Shown: positions 10,052 to 21,495, counted from the stretch's first letter. The stretch: 64,000 nt of DNA from Candidatus Poribacteria bacterium (GCA_965222225.1 CBDCTK010000002.1:1312001-1376000); one strand, 5' to 3'. Translations and numbers: made by a program. Notes: generated from the sequence alone by a model not told the origin.

Positions 10052-10252
10052 ATGGCAACAGGTCGAATCAAATGGTTTAGCGACCAGAAAGGTTACGGTT
10101 TCATCGTGACTGATGACGGTCAAGATGTTTTTGTGCACTACTCCAACGTTGAGGGCGAAGGATTTAAAACCCTTGATGAAGACCAGGAAGTCGAGTTCGA
10201 TATTGTCCAAGGAGACAAAGGGCTTCAGGCTGAGAATGTGGTCAAAATCTGA
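10052..10252 (+). CDS. Cold-shock protein (CspA family)
   Basis: KWF..KGYGFI and DVFVHYS RNP motifs; strong RBS. Confidence 0.97.
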   Translation: MATGRIKWFSDQKGYGFIVTDDGQDVFVHYSNVEGEGFKTLDEDQEVEFDIVQGDKGLQAENVVKI

Positions 10253-10292
10253 AACGCGTATCATCCACTCCTCCCAATTGAGTGTCGCGTGG

Positions 10293-10324
10293 AAAAGGCT
10301 CTCATTAGTTTGAGAGCCTTTTTT
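10293..10324 (+). terminator. Intrinsic terminator after the cold-shock gene
   Basis: AAAAGGCTCTCA-loop-TGAGAGCCTTTTT. Confidence 0.85.
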
Positions 10325-10498
10325 ATGTCACAGAATTCGGAACAGAATCGCTTCTCCGACGCCGCAATTCACATTTCCGATATTAGCACGGTTGAGACCC
10401 AATATACTGCAATCTATGTAACCAATGCTGCGGTAAATTCCATTCCTTTTCCTTCTGAAGCGCCGCTTTCTGCAATAGCCTAATACGAAACATACAAC

Positions 10499-11485
10499 AT
10501 GCCGTCTATGAAGAGCATTGATTTTGAACGAATCCGCCGCATTCTCATTATCCGACTTGCGCCCCTGGGCGAAACGGTCTTGATGACGCCTGTGATTCGT
10601 GCACTGCGACAGGAATTTCCGGACGCACATATTGCGTGCATGACTGATTCGATTCGTACAGATCTTGTGCGTGCGAATCCAAATCTTGACGACGTCATTC
10701 CCTATCAATCGTTCGTTCCAAGATTGATATTTAGTATGGTGAAACGGTCGTTCCAATTGGCTGTCGTACTTCAACCAACGTTTCGTCTAGTGCTACACAC
10801 ATTTCTCGCTAGGATTCCGTATCGGGTCGGGTTTGAAACCAACTCTGGTGGACGGAGACTGCTGCATCTTTCCGTGCCAAACAACACGAACCAACATGAA
10901 ACCGCTAGATACTTGGGTGTGGTGCGCTTACTCGGAATTGATCCCGAGAGTGATGAGCCGGAAGTCTTTGTGGATCAAAAAACACAGGCGTGGGCAAACG
11001 AATTTCTACTCAACGCCAAGATTAACGGCGATTTACCGTTGATTGGACTCAATCCTGGTTCCGGCACGACTTATAGACGATGGGCGAAAGAGCGGTTTGC
11101 AGAAGTTGGCAATTTGCTTCAGGTGGGACATAATGCCCAACTAATTATTTTGGGAGGACCACAAGAGGCGCACCTACCGTATGAATTAGCAGCGTTGATA
11201 GACGGCGAAACAACCGTAATCACTGACACCACCCCGCTGCAGCTTGCCGCAATTATTCAAAAGTGTAATCTCTTTATAAGCAACGACACGGGCCCCATGC
11301 ACTTGAGCACTGCGGTCAAAACACCCACAATCGCTCTATTCGGCGCGTCAAATCCTATTCAATGGGCACCCATCTGGCCCCAACATAAAGTTATAGCTCG
11401 CAACAGCATGGAGGAGATTACCGTTGAAGAAGTATTATCTGTCGTGCAAGAATGCCTAGACGGAGCCTCTGTAGCTAAAAAGTAG
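10499..11485 (+). CDS. Glycosyltransferase family 9 (LPS heptosyltransferase-like)
   Basis: ILIIRLAPLGE, NPGS..RRW and SNDTGPMHL motifs. Confidence 0.93.
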   Translation: MPSMKSIDFERIRRILIIRLAPLGETVLMTPVIRALRQEFPDAHIACMTDSIRTDLVRANPNLDDVIPYQSFVPRLIFSMVKRSFQLAVVLQPTFRLVLHTFLARIPYRVGFETNSGGRRLLHLSVPNNTNQHETARYLGVVRLLGIDPESDEPEVFVDQKTQAWANEFLLNAKINGDLPLIGLNPGSGTTYRRWAKERFAEVGNLLQVGHNAQLIILGGPQEAHLPYELAALIDGETTVITDTTPLQLAAIIQKCNLFISNDTGPMHLSTAVKTPTIALFGASNPIQWAPIWPQHKVIARNSMEEITVEEVLSVVQECLDGASVAKK

Positions 11486-11551
11486 AACCAAAAAATTAAA
11501 GAGGCGCGGGTTGTAGACTATTAAACGCTTAATCCCCCAACGAAGTCTATT

Positions 11552-13159
11552 ATGGCAAGGAAATTGATAGGAAAGTTTTCGATGCAAACAAAAGATAGAC
11601 CATCATCTGCAAAAGTAAAATCTCGTACCGCAGGACCGCCAGTGAGTCAGCACCAACAGATTATTCAAATCCTGTTGTCTATCATCCAACGTCGTATGCG
11701 AGTGCAATCTATCTTCACGCGGTTAGCTCGCTATGCGTTCTGGGCATTGCTCCTCACGAGTGGGATGATTCTCCTTAGTCGATTCCTACGATTACCAAAC
11801 ATCCCGACCGTTGTTGTTCTCATACCAATCATACTTGCTGCCATACTAGCGATTGGACCGGCGTTCGTGCGAAAAGTTTCTCCATCCGCCGTCGCCCTTT
11901 TCGTTGACAAACAGTTGAACCTGAAAGAACGCTTCAGCACCGCCGTCGAATTGATTCAAAGAAAAGCAACGGACGACCTCAGCCACCTACAAATACGTGA
12001 TGCCGCAACTATTTGTACCGCAACGTCTCCGTCGGCAGTCGTACCATATAGGTTCCCGCCAGCTCTCAAATGGTTTCCGATACCGGCATTACTGCTCATA
12101 GCCTCCTTCGCCATGCCACGCATGTATGAACTGCCCCTCCCTCCAACAGCCGCCGAGAAGAAAGCAATTGAAGAGACTGTGGAGAACTTCAATCGAATGA
12201 TAGGTGAAATTGACAATCCTGTGCTAGCTAAGAAAATTCAAGACGCCATAAAAAGACTTAAAAAGACCGACAGTCTCACAGTCCAAGATCGATTGAGCAA
12301 ACTCCGCGATGAGGTTCGTGCCCGGAAGCAACCATACACCGAGAATGAATTCGAAGAAGTAAGCAAAGTTTTCGCCGAAGTCAGCGACGAATCTAATCGT
12401 TTCAAGAACATGAACCCGAGCAAACTTGCCGAGGAGCTAGCAAAACTCGCGAATGAGGAAAATCTCACTCCGGAGTTTCAAGAAGAACTCCGAGCGCTCT
12501 TCAAAAAAATCGCCGAACGATTGGAGGGAAACAGTGTCGCCAAAAACCTCATGAAAGAACTGGATGAACTTCAAACGCAAACGGTCAGTCGGGATACTTT
12601 GAAGAAAATTGCGCGCCAGTTGGCAAATATGGATAAATTGGCTAGGAACCGTGAGCAGTTGGAACAGGTGTTGGAACAAATCGCGGCGAGCCGTAAAAAC
12701 ATTGCATTGGCAAGCCTAAATCTCGAAATCGATAGGGATTCTGGCGGGATTGCAAATAGTGAAGGTGGTGCCGGCGACGAATCGACAACTGGAGAAACGC
12801 GGGGGACAATTGCGGCAGCGGATTCAGACTTCGTGCCGGAGAAAACAGTTGAAGAGGCAGAATTTGGAAATAATCCAACGGCAACTGAACCGACACAATC
12901 TCTACGAACAGATGGGCCGAAACTCACGTTGAGGGGGGACACCTTGTCGGATTCAAAAACGCTTGCAGATACCAACGTCTATGTAGGAAAGGGCGCTCCG
13001 GACGGTGAAGATAACGCCGAATATATACCATACCGCAAGGTGTATCTCAATGCGAAGCAGGAATATGCCGAAGCAATTGGGAACAATCGTATCCCTGTGC
13101 GTTATCAGCAGTTAATTAGTGACTATTTGGAGGCAATCACGAATCCCTCTAGGGAGTAG
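11552..13159 (+). CDS. Membrane-anchored coiled-coil hypothetical protein
   Basis: Three N-terminal TM segments with an LKERFSTA motif, long coiled coil, acidic/Gly linker, C-terminal IPVRYQQLISDY. Confidence 0.75.
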   Translation: MARKLIGKFSMQTKDRPSSAKVKSRTAGPPVSQHQQIIQILLSIIQRRMRVQSIFTRLARYAFWALLLTSGMILLSRFLRLPNIPTVVVLIPIILAAILAIGPAFVRKVSPSAVALFVDKQLNLKERFSTAVELIQRKATDDLSHLQIRDAATICTATSPSAVVPYRFPPALKWFPIPALLLIASFAMPRMYELPLPPTAAEKKAIEETVENFNRMIGEIDNPVLAKKIQDAIKRLKKTDSLTVQDRLSKLRDEVRARKQPYTENEFEEVSKVFAEVSDESNRFKNMNPSKLAEELAKLANEENLTPEFQEELRALFKKIAERLEGNSVAKNLMKELDELQTQTVSRDTLKKIARQLANMDKLARNREQLEQVLEQIAASRKNIALASLNLEIDRDSGGIANSEGGAGDESTTGETRGTIAAADSDFVPEKTVEEAEFGNNPTATEPTQSLRTDGPKLTLRGDTLSDSKTLADTNVYVGKGAPDGEDNAEYIPYRKVYLNAKQEYAEAIGNNRIPVRYQQLISDYLEAITNPSRE

Positions 13160-13193
13160 CTGTCCTACGATCGTTTCTGGTCAAAGCGTTCCT

Positions 13194-13871
13194 ATGAAGA
13201 AGCATTTGATTAAATTAATCTGTTTTGTCGCTCTGGTTACCGTTGTGTACCTTCTTTTGAGACATCTTGGCATCACTGAAAACCTTTCCCGCGACAAAAT
13301 CCCGAAACTTAAAGCGGAAATTAGCAGCTTCGGCGTCTTTGCACCGCTTGTTTACATCGGGTTCTATGTGCTGGCGACCATTCTTTTCCTCCCCGGTTTG
13401 CCGATTACCATGCTTTCCGGGCTGGTATTTGGGCCAATATGGGGCGTCGTTTATGCCTCTATCGGATCAGTAATTGGCATTTCGTGTGCCTTTCTTATTG
13501 CACGCTATGTTGCCCGCGGCATGGTTGAGAGATGGGTTGACCACAACGCACATTTTCAGCGGATTGATGAAGGCGTGAGGCGCCAAGGCTGGCGAATGCT
13601 GATGATTACCCGGCTGCTCCCGATATTCCCGTTCAATCTACAGAATTACGTCTACGGTCTCACGAAGATCAAGTTCGTTACATTTCTATTTGTTTCATGG
13701 AGTTGTATGTTGCCGGGTACGGCAGCGTATGTTCAATTGGGGGCAGCGGTAAATGTTGGCGAGGGAAACATAAAAAAGACCTTGTTTTATCTTGCTGGCG
13801 CTGCTCTGTGCATTGTTCTGGTATCATTGATTCCAAGCATTATCCGCAAGCGGGAGCTAAGCTTAAGGTGA
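13194..13871 (+). CDS. TVP38/TMEM64 (VTT/DedA) family membrane protein
   Basis: RLLPIFPFNLQNY motif and multiple TM segments. Confidence 0.92.
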   Translation: MKKHLIKLICFVALVTVVYLLLRHLGITENLSRDKIPKLKAEISSFGVFAPLVYIGFYVLATILFLPGLPITMLSGLVFGPIWGVVYASIGSVIGISCAFLIARYVARGMVERWVDHNAHFQRIDEGVRRQGWRMLMITRLLPIFPFNLQNYVYGLTKIKFVTFLFVSWSCMLPGTAAYVQLGAAVNVGEGNIKKTLFYLAGAALCIVLVSLIPSIIRKRELSLR

Positions 13872-14185
13872 GCAACTGTCTTCCTATGAATTATGAAAGC
13901 GGCTCCTTGCAGTTAGAGGCCATGTGCGCGGCTAAACTTTGGTTGTCTTTTGAGAAACTAAAGAGATTTGACTGGGATTCACGCCTATGATAGACTTGCG
14001 GATTGAATTAAAAACGGCATGAGTACCGATTTCCACAAACAGATAAGACAAACCTACTGGAATAGCGTCACGGAGATTTCCATGCTATACGCGCAACAAA
14101 TCTCACTGTCGCAAAACGTTTTCCGGATTTTGAGAATATACGTTGCAATTCTGAATCTAACTAAGTGTCAAGGATTCATCGCATG

Positions 14186-14227
14186 CGCCAGATTGACAGG
14201 GACATGAGCGACATTGCCAATCTGGCA
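14186..14227. promoter_or_regulatory. Putative enhancer (UAS) pair upstream of the receiver-dnaK operon
   Basis: CGCCAGATTGACA (14186-14198) and palindromic TGCCAATCTGGCA (14215-14227); the same motif occurs upstream of clpB. Confidence 0.65.
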
Positions 14228-14391
14228 TAAGTTGAAACACTTAATCAACAGTTCGTGCGCGGCGCAAAACAGCATATTCTTCAACACAAATTATGGAATT
14301 TGGTCATCAATCAACTACAAAATTACCGAGATTCGGTGCAGGATATCCAGATAAAGGCATTGTGCAATCCTTTATCTCGTAGGTTATTCTC

Positions 14392-14407
14392 CGGCACAGA
14401 TATTGCT
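14392..14407 (+). promoter_or_regulatory. Sigma-54 (-24/-12) promoter of the receiver-dnaK operon
   Basis: CGGCAC-AGATA-TTGCT; GG-N10-GC spacing is exact. Confidence 0.7.
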
Positions 14408-14482
14408 CTCCACCTGTGAATGTTGTCGATGCCACTGCGGTGCCGGTGCGAATCGGCTTAGCAGAGAAGGGAAAAATGTCCA

Positions 14483-14944
14483 ATGGTCGGGCGAACACAT
14501 CGTATTCTAATCGTTGATGATGACGGTGCTTCATTAGAAGTATTGAGCGAAGTGTTGAACCGTGCCAACTACGAGACATTTTCTGCATCAACTGGATATG
14601 ACGCCGTGAAAATCATCCAAGAGAAACCACTAGACTTAGCGATTCTCGATTACAATCTTCCGGATACAACTGGCTTGGAACTACTTCAGCATATTAAGCG
14701 AATCAGACCTAGCATGTTTGTCATCATTATGAGCGCAAACACCTCGACAAACGTCAAGTTTGACGTGTTCGAGGCGGGCGCATTCACTTTCATTCCGAAA
14801 CCTATAGATTTACGCCAATTCCTACAATTCGTTAGGCGTGCATTGGGTTTCAAAGAGCAGTCCGTTGCAAGTTCCCGGCGACGCGCTAACACCGTTCAGA
14901 TAAGGAAATCAATCTTCTTTCGATGGACTCGCATCGTCAAGTAA
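14483..14944 (+). CDS. Single-domain response regulator (receiver) with a short basic tail
   Basis: ILIVDDD, phosphoacceptor D in AILDYNLPD, IIMSA and PKP motifs. Confidence 0.92.
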   Translation: MVGRTHRILIVDDDGASLEVLSEVLNRANYETFSASTGYDAVKIIQEKPLDLAILDYNLPDTTGLELLQHIKRIRPSMFVIIMSANTSTNVKFDVFEAGAFTFIPKPIDLRQFLQFVRRALGFKEQSVASSRRRANTVQIRKSIFFRWTRIVK

Positions 14945-14976
14945 ACTAAAAATTAGGAAAATAGAGGATATATAAA

Positions 14977-16926
14977 ATGAGCAAAGTCATTGGAATCGAT
15001 TTAGGAACAACCAACTCATGTGTCGCAATCTTGGAAAGCGGCGACGCGAAAGTGATTGAAAATGCCGAGGGTGTGCGCACGACTCCCTCGGTTGTCGCCT
15101 TCACGAAAGACGGAGAGCGACTCGTTGGCCAAGTTGCCAAACGCCAAGCAATTACCAACCCAACGAACACCGTGTTCTCAATAAAGAGGTTCATGGGTAG
15201 AAAACATAGTGAGATTGGCGAAGAGCTCAAACGCGTGCCCTATGACGTAGTCGTCGACAAAGATGGTGATGCGGCGGTAAAAATTGAAGAAAAAACCTAT
15301 TCGCCGCCCGAAATCTCCGCAATGACGCTGCAAAAAATGAGAGAAACGGCGGAGGCCTACCTCGGCGAAACAGTCACGCAGGCAGTCATCACTGTGCCAG
15401 CCTATTTCAACGATTCGCAACGACAAGCAACGAAAGATGCGGGTAGAATTGCAGGTTTGGAGGTGCTGCGGATTATCAATGAACCAACAGCCGCGTCGTT
15501 GGCATACGGGCTAGAAAACAAAAAGGAGCTCAAAATTGCTGTTTACGACTTGGGGGGTGGAACCTTTGACATCTCAATCCTAGAGATTGGCGACGGGGTT
15601 TTTGAAGTCAAAAGCACCAATGGCGATACCCACCTTGGCGGCGATGACTTCGACCAGCAAATTATTGATTGGCTTGCCGAAGAGTTTAAACGTGAACAAG
15701 GCATCGACTTGCGCAAAGACACTATGGCGCTCCAACGACTCAAGGAAGGCGCGGAAAAAGCGAAATGCGAGTTGTCAACAGCTCTGCAAACCGACGTAAA
15801 TCTGCCCTTCATCACCGCCGACGCGAGCGGACCAAAACACCTGAATCTGTCTCTTTCTCGCGTAAGACTTGAGCAACTCACAGACGATCTAGTTGAACGC
15901 ACGCTTGAGCCGTGTCGAAGAGCGCTTTCCGATGCAAACCTGTCTCCTCAGGATATTGATGAGGTCATTCTTGTCGGTGGACAGACGCGGATGCCCAAAG
16001 TTCAAGAAGCCGTTCAGGCTCTTTTCGAAAGGGAACCACATAAAGGAGTTAATCCGGATGAAGTGGTCGCAATCGGCGCAGCCATACAGGGTGGAGTTCT
16101 TTCCGGCGACTCTGAGGTCAAAGACATTCTTCTGCTTGATGTCACACCCCTCTCGCTGGGTATTGAGACCTTGGGTGGAATGTCTACCAAACTAATCGAA
16201 CGCAATACGACCATCCCCACGGAAAAATCGCAGATTTTTACCACAGCCGATGACAGCCAAACGTCCGTCGACGTGCACGTACTTCAAGGGGAGCGTGAAC
16301 AAGCGGCTTACAACAAAACAATTGGGCGTTTTCGCTTAGATGGAATCCCGCCAGCCCGCCGGGGGATTCCGCAGATTGAGGTCTCATTCAATATTGACGC
16401 CAACGGGATTCTCAAGGTGTCAGCGAAGGACACTGCCACTGGGAAGGAACAGCATATTACCATCACCGCCTCCTCTGGTTTGTCAGCGGCAGAAATCGAG
16501 CAGATGGTCAAGGATGCCGAAACTCATGCCGATGAAGATAGAAGCAAACGTGAGGAATTTGAAGTCCGTCATCGTGCAGATTCTCTTGTCTACGAAACTG
16601 AAAAGAGTATAACGGAATTTAACGACAAGATTGATGCTGAAACAAAAAGCAAAGTCGAAGGCGCGGTTGAACGAGTCAAGGAAGCTTTGAAAGGTGAGAA
16701 TCAGGAAGAGATTAAATCCGCTTCTGAAGATTTGACTCAGATTTGGCATCAAGCATCTGCAGAATTATATCAACAGACGGCTTCTTCTCAACAAGACGAA
16801 GCGCCGACTGCAGATCATCCTCGCAGCGCCCCAACCGATGAATCTGCGGCGCCCAGCGGTGAAGGCGAAGTTATCGATGCTGATTACGAGGTCGTTGATG
16901 AAGACGCCGACAAAAATAAGAGGTAA
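14977..16926 (+). CDS. dnaK: Chaperone DnaK (Hsp70)
   Basis: [17 protein letters not shown] and other Hsp70 signatures. Confidence 0.99.
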   Translation: MSKVIGIDLGTTNSCVAILESGDAKVIENAEGVRTTPSVVAFTKDGERLVGQVAKRQAITNPTNTVFSIKRFMGRKHSEIGEELKRVPYDVVVDKDGDAAVKIEEKTYSPPEISAMTLQKMRETAEAYLGETVTQAVITVPAYFNDSQRQATKDAGRIAGLEVLRIINEPTAASLAYGLENKKELKIAVYDLGGGTFDISILEIGDGVFEVKSTNGDTHLGGDDFDQQIIDWLAEEFKREQGIDLRKDTMALQRLKEGAEKAKCELSTALQTDVNLPFITADASGPKHLNLSLSRVRLEQLTDDLVERTLEPCRRALSDANLSPQDIDEVILVGGQTRMPKVQEAVQALFEREPHKGVNPDEVVAIGAAIQGGVLSGDSEVKDILLLDVTPLSLGIETLGGMSTKLIERNTTIPTEKSQIFTTADDSQTSVDVHVLQGEREQAAYNKTIGRFRLDGIPPARRGIPQIEVSFNIDANGILKVSAKDTATGKEQHITITASSGLSAAEIEQMVKDAETHADEDRSKREEFEVRHRADSLVYETEKSITEFNDKIDAETKSKVEGAVERVKEALKGENQEEIKSASEDLTQIWHQASAELYQQTASSQQDEAPTADHPRSAPTDESAAPSGEGEVIDADYEVVDEDADKNKR

Positions 16927-16999
16927 ACCCTGCCAGCAGGAGAACCGACCCAATCTCGGCGTATTGAGATCATCATCTCATTGTGATGAGTTCACCCAT

Positions 17000-17500
17000 A
17001 GAAACCGAAGTTTTTTCTCGAAAACTCGGTTTCTTTTTTGCACATTCCTGTAGACTCAAACGACTGAATATGGAATGCCATAGGGATACCTCGTAGGGAA
17101 CAACGATCGTTGTTCCGCTTCTCTCCTCAAAAGACCAAAAATAGCTTTGCTACCATTTCTTCAAACACGCTCTAACTTCAGGTTATTGCGAATGCCGAGG
17201 CCTGTGTGTTGGCTGGCTATATCATTCGGCAATCGGCAAAATCACGGTGTCTCAAAGCGCCCTACTTCGATGGAAAGTCCGTCGGCGATTCCGCCCCAAG
17301 AATAGTCGCACCAGGCTATAGGAAAAGTCCTGCAGAAGTAATCCCTGCTATAGTTATTGTAACTAAAAATTTTACACCTAAGACTTACGTTGTACGGTTT
17401 GTAGTAGCGCAATTTATCACGCGATTTCTGTAGGAGCGATATCTCTTGGTCGCGAGAGCGCCTAAGCGCGGCAGGGCAAGATGCCCTGCCTACGGTAGCT
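17000..17500. repeat. Intergenic mosaic of REP-like palindromes
   Basis: GAAACCGA..CTCGGTTTC, GTAGGGAACAACGATCGTTGTTCC, GTAGGAGCGATATCTC, GGCAGGGCAAGATGCCCTGCCTAC, a 38-bp unit and an IS5-like end. Confidence 0.7.
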
Positions 17501-17570
17501 GCCTCCTGTTGCCGCGTCAGCCCTATATGTGTAAACATGAATGTAAATGACTATAATGAGTCCTAGCCCC

Positions 17571-17627
17571 AACAAAAAAGCGCCTCCCATCAGTAAAGTC
17601 TTCACTGAAAAGGAGACGCTTTTTGTT
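17571..17627 (-). terminator. Bidirectional terminator downstream of clpB
   Basis: AACAAAAAAGCGCCTCC...GGAGACGCTTTTTGTT. Confidence 0.75.
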
Positions 17628-17665
17628 ACTGTTTTCCTTACTGGAACACTCGTGATGTAGAGGGA

Positions 17666-20236
17666 TCACACCTCGCGAAAAACAAAATTCCCGTCTTCGA
17701 AATTGACTTCAATCCCAACCCCGTCCCCGACGTGTCCTTCAAGCATTTCGATTGCAAGTGGATTCAGGATATCGCGCTGAATGGTCCGACGCAGTGGTCG
17801 TGCACCGTAAACCTCGTCATAGCCGCGAGTTGCAAGCTCTTCCTTTGCTAACTCCGTCATGCACAACGCAATCTCTTTGTCCGCAAGACGACTGCTGAGC
17901 ACATCAAGTTCAAGCGACACAATCTGCTTAAACTCCTTTAATCCCAACCTATCAAAAATGATAAGATCGTCAATACGGTTCAGAAATTCGGGACGGAACT
18001 GTTGCTGCAATGCTTCCAGCACGCGAGAGCGAAGTCCCTCGGGTGTCAGTTTGCTATCGCTAATCCACTTACTGCCAATGTTCGAGGTCATGACTACAAC
18101 GGTGTTCTTGAAGTCCACCGTGCGTCCATGCCCATCCGTTAATCGACCATCGTCTAGCATCTGCAACAGAATGTTGAACACATCGGGATGTGCCTTTTCA
18201 ATTTCGTCGAACAAGACGACGCAGTAGGGGTGACGACGAACGGCTTCTGTCAGTTGCCCGCCCTCGTCGTAGCCAACATACCCTGGAGGTGCGCCGATAA
18301 GCCTTGACACTGTGTGCTTCTCCATATATTCGCTCATGTCGATTCGCACCATGGCGTTCTGATCATCAAACAGGAATTCCGCAAGCGACTTCGCGACGTG
18401 GGTCTTTCCAACACCCGTTGGTCCCATGAAAACAAAAGAACCGAGTGGTCGATCGGGGTCTTGCAACCCAACTCGTGAGCGTCGAATGGCGTTTGAGATG
18501 GCTTCAACCGCTTCATCCTGTCCTATAACGTGTTCTTTGAGTCGGTCCTCCATGTGGAGCAGTTTCTTGACTTCGCCCTCCATCAACCGGAAAACAGGTA
18601 TACCGGTCCATCTGGAAACAATCTCGGCGATATCCTCTTGGTCGACCTTCTCCTTCAGCATGTGTGAAGATTGCTCGTCCTCCTTTGCCGCCTCAAGTTG
18701 GGCTTCAAGTTCGTAAAGCTCCCCATATCGAATCTGCGAAGCCTTGGCGAGGTCGCCTGCACGTTGTGCCTGCTCCTCCTCAATCTTCAACGCTTCGATC
18801 CGCTCCATCAAGTCGCGAACGCGCTGAATACCCGCTTTTTCATTCTGCCAGTTCGCTTTGAGATGATCTCCCTTTTCCTTCAGCTCGGAAAGCTCTTCTA
18901 GCAGTTTTTTTAATCGTTCCTGAGAGGAAGTATCCTCCTCCTTTTCAAGTGCTTGCCTTTCAATCTCCAACTGAGTGATGCGGCGCTCGACCTCATCAAT
19001 CTCTTCCGGTACGCTATCAATTTCAATCCGCAAACGCGACGCCGCTTCATCAATCAGGTCAACAGCTTTGTCGGGCAGAAACCGATCGGCAATGTAACGC
19101 TTCGAGAGCACCGCCGCCGCAACAATTGCGTTGTCTTGCACCTGAACGCCGTGATGTGTTTCATAGCGCTCCTTGAGGCCTCGCAGGATAGCGATTGTGT
19201 CTTCAACCGATGGCTCCTCAACCATAACAGGTTGAAAACGCCGTTCTAATGCAGCATCTTTTTCGACGTGTTTGCGGTATTCATCAAGTGTGGTCGCCCC
19301 AATGCAATGCAACTCCCCGCGTGCCAACGCAGGCTTCAACATATTGGAAGCGTCCACCGCACCCTCCGCGGCCCCCGCGCCAACGATTGTATGGAGCTCA
19401 TCTATGAACAAGATAACCTGTCCCTCAGATTGTTCAATGTCCTTAAGCACCGCTTTCAGCCGGTCCTCAAACTCGCCACGATACTTCGACCCAGCAATCA
19501 TTGCTCCGAGATCGAGGCCAATGAGCCGTTTGTTTTTCAGGCTCTCGGGCACATCACCGTCGACTATGCGCTGTGCAAGCCCTTCAACAATGGCAGTTTT
19601 GCCGACTCCCGGCTCGCCAATCAACACGGGGTTATTCTTACGCCGACGAGACAATACCTGCATGACACGACGGATTTCGTCATCCCGTCCTATAACAGGA
19701 TCTAGCTTCCCGGACATTGATTCTTGGGTCAAGTCTCGCCCGAACCGTGTTAACGCTTGGTATTTGTCTTCGGGATTCCGATCTGTGACACGTTGTCCAC
19801 CACGAATATTGACCAATGCTTTAAGAATCTTGTCTTTCGTGACACCGTACTTTTTTAAGGTCTTCCCAACTGAGGCCCCCTTGTCCTCAACGCATCCGAT
19901 TAGCAGATGTTCCGTACTAACGTACTCATCTTTCAGGTTGGTCGCCTCTTTCCAAGACCTGTCAAATGCTTCTCTCAGCGCCGACGAAACGCGCAACTCT
20001 TGGTTATCTCCTTGAACTTTTGTTCCCCTTCGAACCCCCTCCTCAACTTCGGATCTGATGGCTTGGACTTCCGCTCCAATTTTTTGGAGAATCGGCGTCA
20101 CTACTCCCTCTTGCTGATCGATTAGAGCGAGCAGCAAATGTTCGACATTGACATCGGGGCTTCCCGCCCGGCTCGCGAAATCTTGCGCGGTCTGCAAGGC
20201 TTCTTGTGATTTTATCGTTAATCGGTCAAATCTCAT
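17666..20236 (-). CDS. clpB: ATP-dependent chaperone ClpB
   Basis: Two AAA+ modules ([16 protein letters not shown]) and coiled-coil M domain; RBS before the ATG at 20236. Confidence 0.98.
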   Translation of the reverse strand: MRFDRLTIKSQEALQTAQDFASRAGSPDVNVEHLLLALIDQQEGVVTPILQKIGAEVQAIRSEVEEGVRRGTKVQGDNQELRVSSALREAFDRSWKEATNLKDEYVSTEHLLIGCVEDKGASVGKTLKKYGVTKDKILKALVNIRGGQRVTDRNPEDKYQALTRFGRDLTQESMSGKLDPVIGRDDEIRRVMQVLSRRRKNNPVLIGEPGVGKTAIVEGLAQRIVDGDVPESLKNKRLIGLDLGAMIAGSKYRGEFEDRLKAVLKDIEQSEGQVILFIDELHTIVGAGAAEGAVDASNMLKPALARGELHCIGATTLDEYRKHVEKDAALERRFQPVMVEEPSVEDTIAILRGLKERYETHHGVQVQDNAIVAAAVLSKRYIADRFLPDKAVDLIDEAASRLRIEIDSVPEEIDEVERRITQLEIERQALEKEEDTSSQERLKKLLEELSELKEKGDHLKANWQNEKAGIQRVRDLMERIEALKIEEEQAQRAGDLAKASQIRYGELYELEAQLEAAKEDEQSSHMLKEKVDQEDIAEIVSRWTGIPVFRLMEGEVKKLLHMEDRLKEHVIGQDEAVEAISNAIRRSRVGLQDPDRPLGSFVFMGPTGVGKTHVAKSLAEFLFDDQNAMVRIDMSEYMEKHTVSRLIGAPPGYVGYDEGGQLTEAVRRHPYCVVLFDEIEKAHPDVFNILLQMLDDGRLTDGHGRTVDFKNTVVVMTSNIGSKWISDSKLTPEGLRSRVLEALQQQFRPEFLNRIDDLIIFDRLGLKEFKQIVSLELDVLSSRLADKEIALCMTELAKEELATRGYDEVYGARPLRRTIQRDILNPLAIEMLEGHVGDGVGIEVNFEDGNFVFREV

Positions 20237-20280
20237 TATGGTATTCCTCTCTTTCACAGGTTTGTAGTTTTACTCTATAT

Positions 20281-21324
20281 TAGGAGTTACGCAGTTGAGT
20301 GAAAATAGGTTATAATTTGAGTATGAATCCCCCTAAATATACTGACACTGACTATATTGATTTCTTGGTAGCCGCTCAGAAAAGTTACAGTTGTCTTGAA
20401 TCGGAAAAAGTTCAACCCCAAGCTGATAATCCTCCGGCTCACGATTCGATAACACGGCTCTTGCATCGAGAGGAACCCGATACTGGCAAACTGTGGCAAG
20501 AATCGAGAAATCAGGTGAAATTAGAATCCGGAATTTTAGTTATAGATGACTCGACTCTGGATAAACCTTATTCACAAAAGATTGAACTCGTGACAAAACA
20601 CTGGTCAGGGAAACACCACCGAGTTGTGAATGGGATTAACTTGGTCACTTTGCTCTGGACGGATGGCGATAGACATATTCCGTGTGATTATCGAATCTAT
20701 GATAAAGCCAAAGACGGCTTGACGAAGAATGAGCATTTCCGCGCCATGCTTGAAGAAGCGAAAACACGCGGTTTTGCTCCTGAATGTGTGTGTTTTGATA
20801 GTTGGTATGCCAGTCTAAAGAATCTAAAAGCGGTGCGAGGTCATGGTTGGAAGTGGCTTACTCGTCTAGCTGCCAACCGACTTGTCAGTAAAGATTATTC
20901 CGGTAACCGTCCGGTGAGTACGCTTCCGAGTGAATCAACAGGTACAATTGTCCATCTCAAAGGCTATGGATTGATTCGAGTATTTAAGGTTGACACTCCA
21001 GAAGGTGACATTGAATATTGGGCAACGAATGATTTACAGATGGACGAATTGACGCGTCTCAAATATGCCGAATGGTCTTGGACAATAGAAGAATATCATC
21101 GCGGGATTAAGCAATTTGTTGGCATTGAACGCGCACAAGTGCGCTCTGCTCGCACTCAAAGAAATCATATCGGTTTAGCGCTGAGAGCCTTTCTGAGAAT
21201 TGAGCACTATTGCTATCATACCGGTATCAGTTGGTTTGATGCAAAACTCTCTATTGTCAGAGATGCGGTACGGGCTTATTTGGCACAACCTCTTTATACG
21301 CTTCAGCCAACTGCGTAACTCCTA
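20281..21324 (+). mobile_element. IS701/ISH3-like insertion sequence
   Basis: Perfect 17-bp IRs TAGGAGTTACGCAGTTG / CAACTGCGTAACTCCTA, flanked by a TATAT duplication (20276-20280, 21325-21329). Confidence 0.93.
20323..21318 (+). CDS. IS701-family DDE transposase
   Basis: LVIDDSTLDK, FDSWY and WTIEEYHRGIKQ motifs; the stop codon lies in the right IR. Confidence 0.93.
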   Translation: MNPPKYTDTDYIDFLVAAQKSYSCLESEKVQPQADNPPAHDSITRLLHREEPDTGKLWQESRNQVKLESGILVIDDSTLDKPYSQKIELVTKHWSGKHHRVVNGINLVTLLWTDGDRHIPCDYRIYDKAKDGLTKNEHFRAMLEEAKTRGFAPECVCFDSWYASLKNLKAVRGHGWKWLTRLAANRLVSKDYSGNRPVSTLPSESTGTIVHLKGYGLIRVFKVDTPEGDIEYWATNDLQMDELTRLKYAEWSWTIEEYHRGIKQFVGIERAQVRSARTQRNHIGLALRAFLRIEHYCYHTGISWFDAKLSIVRDAVRAYLAQPLYTLQPTA

Positions 21325-21347
21325 TATATGTTAACTGTCCATTTTAG

Positions 21348-21363
21348 CGCAAAATAAATGCCA
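21348..21363 (-). promoter_or_regulatory. Sigma-54 promoter of clpB, now separated from the gene by the IS
   Basis: Minus strand TGGCAT-TTATT-TTGCG; GG-N10-GC. Confidence 0.7.
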
Positions 21364-21416
21364 ACGTTTTCGAGAGGCAAGAGACGTGTTTTCGGCAATC
21401 TACATGCTGGGCGACG

Positions 21417-21468
21417 TGCCAGATTGACAGAAGTTTATCCATCGGATGGAAGGTATGCCGATTTGGCG
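21417..21468. promoter_or_regulatory. Putative enhancer pair upstream of clpB
   Basis: TGCCAGATTGACA (21417-21429) and TGCCGATTTGGCG (21456-21468). Confidence 0.62.
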
Positions 21469-21495
21469 TATTTATTGGCGGGTAATTACTATCTT

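Noticed and set aside
14000-14480. CIRCE/HrcA operator upstream of dnaK
   Set aside because: No TTAGCACTC-N9-GAGTGCTAA seen here or upstream of clpB
19268-20015. Long plus-strand ORFs inside clpB
   Set aside because: Typical antisense shadows of a conserved gene
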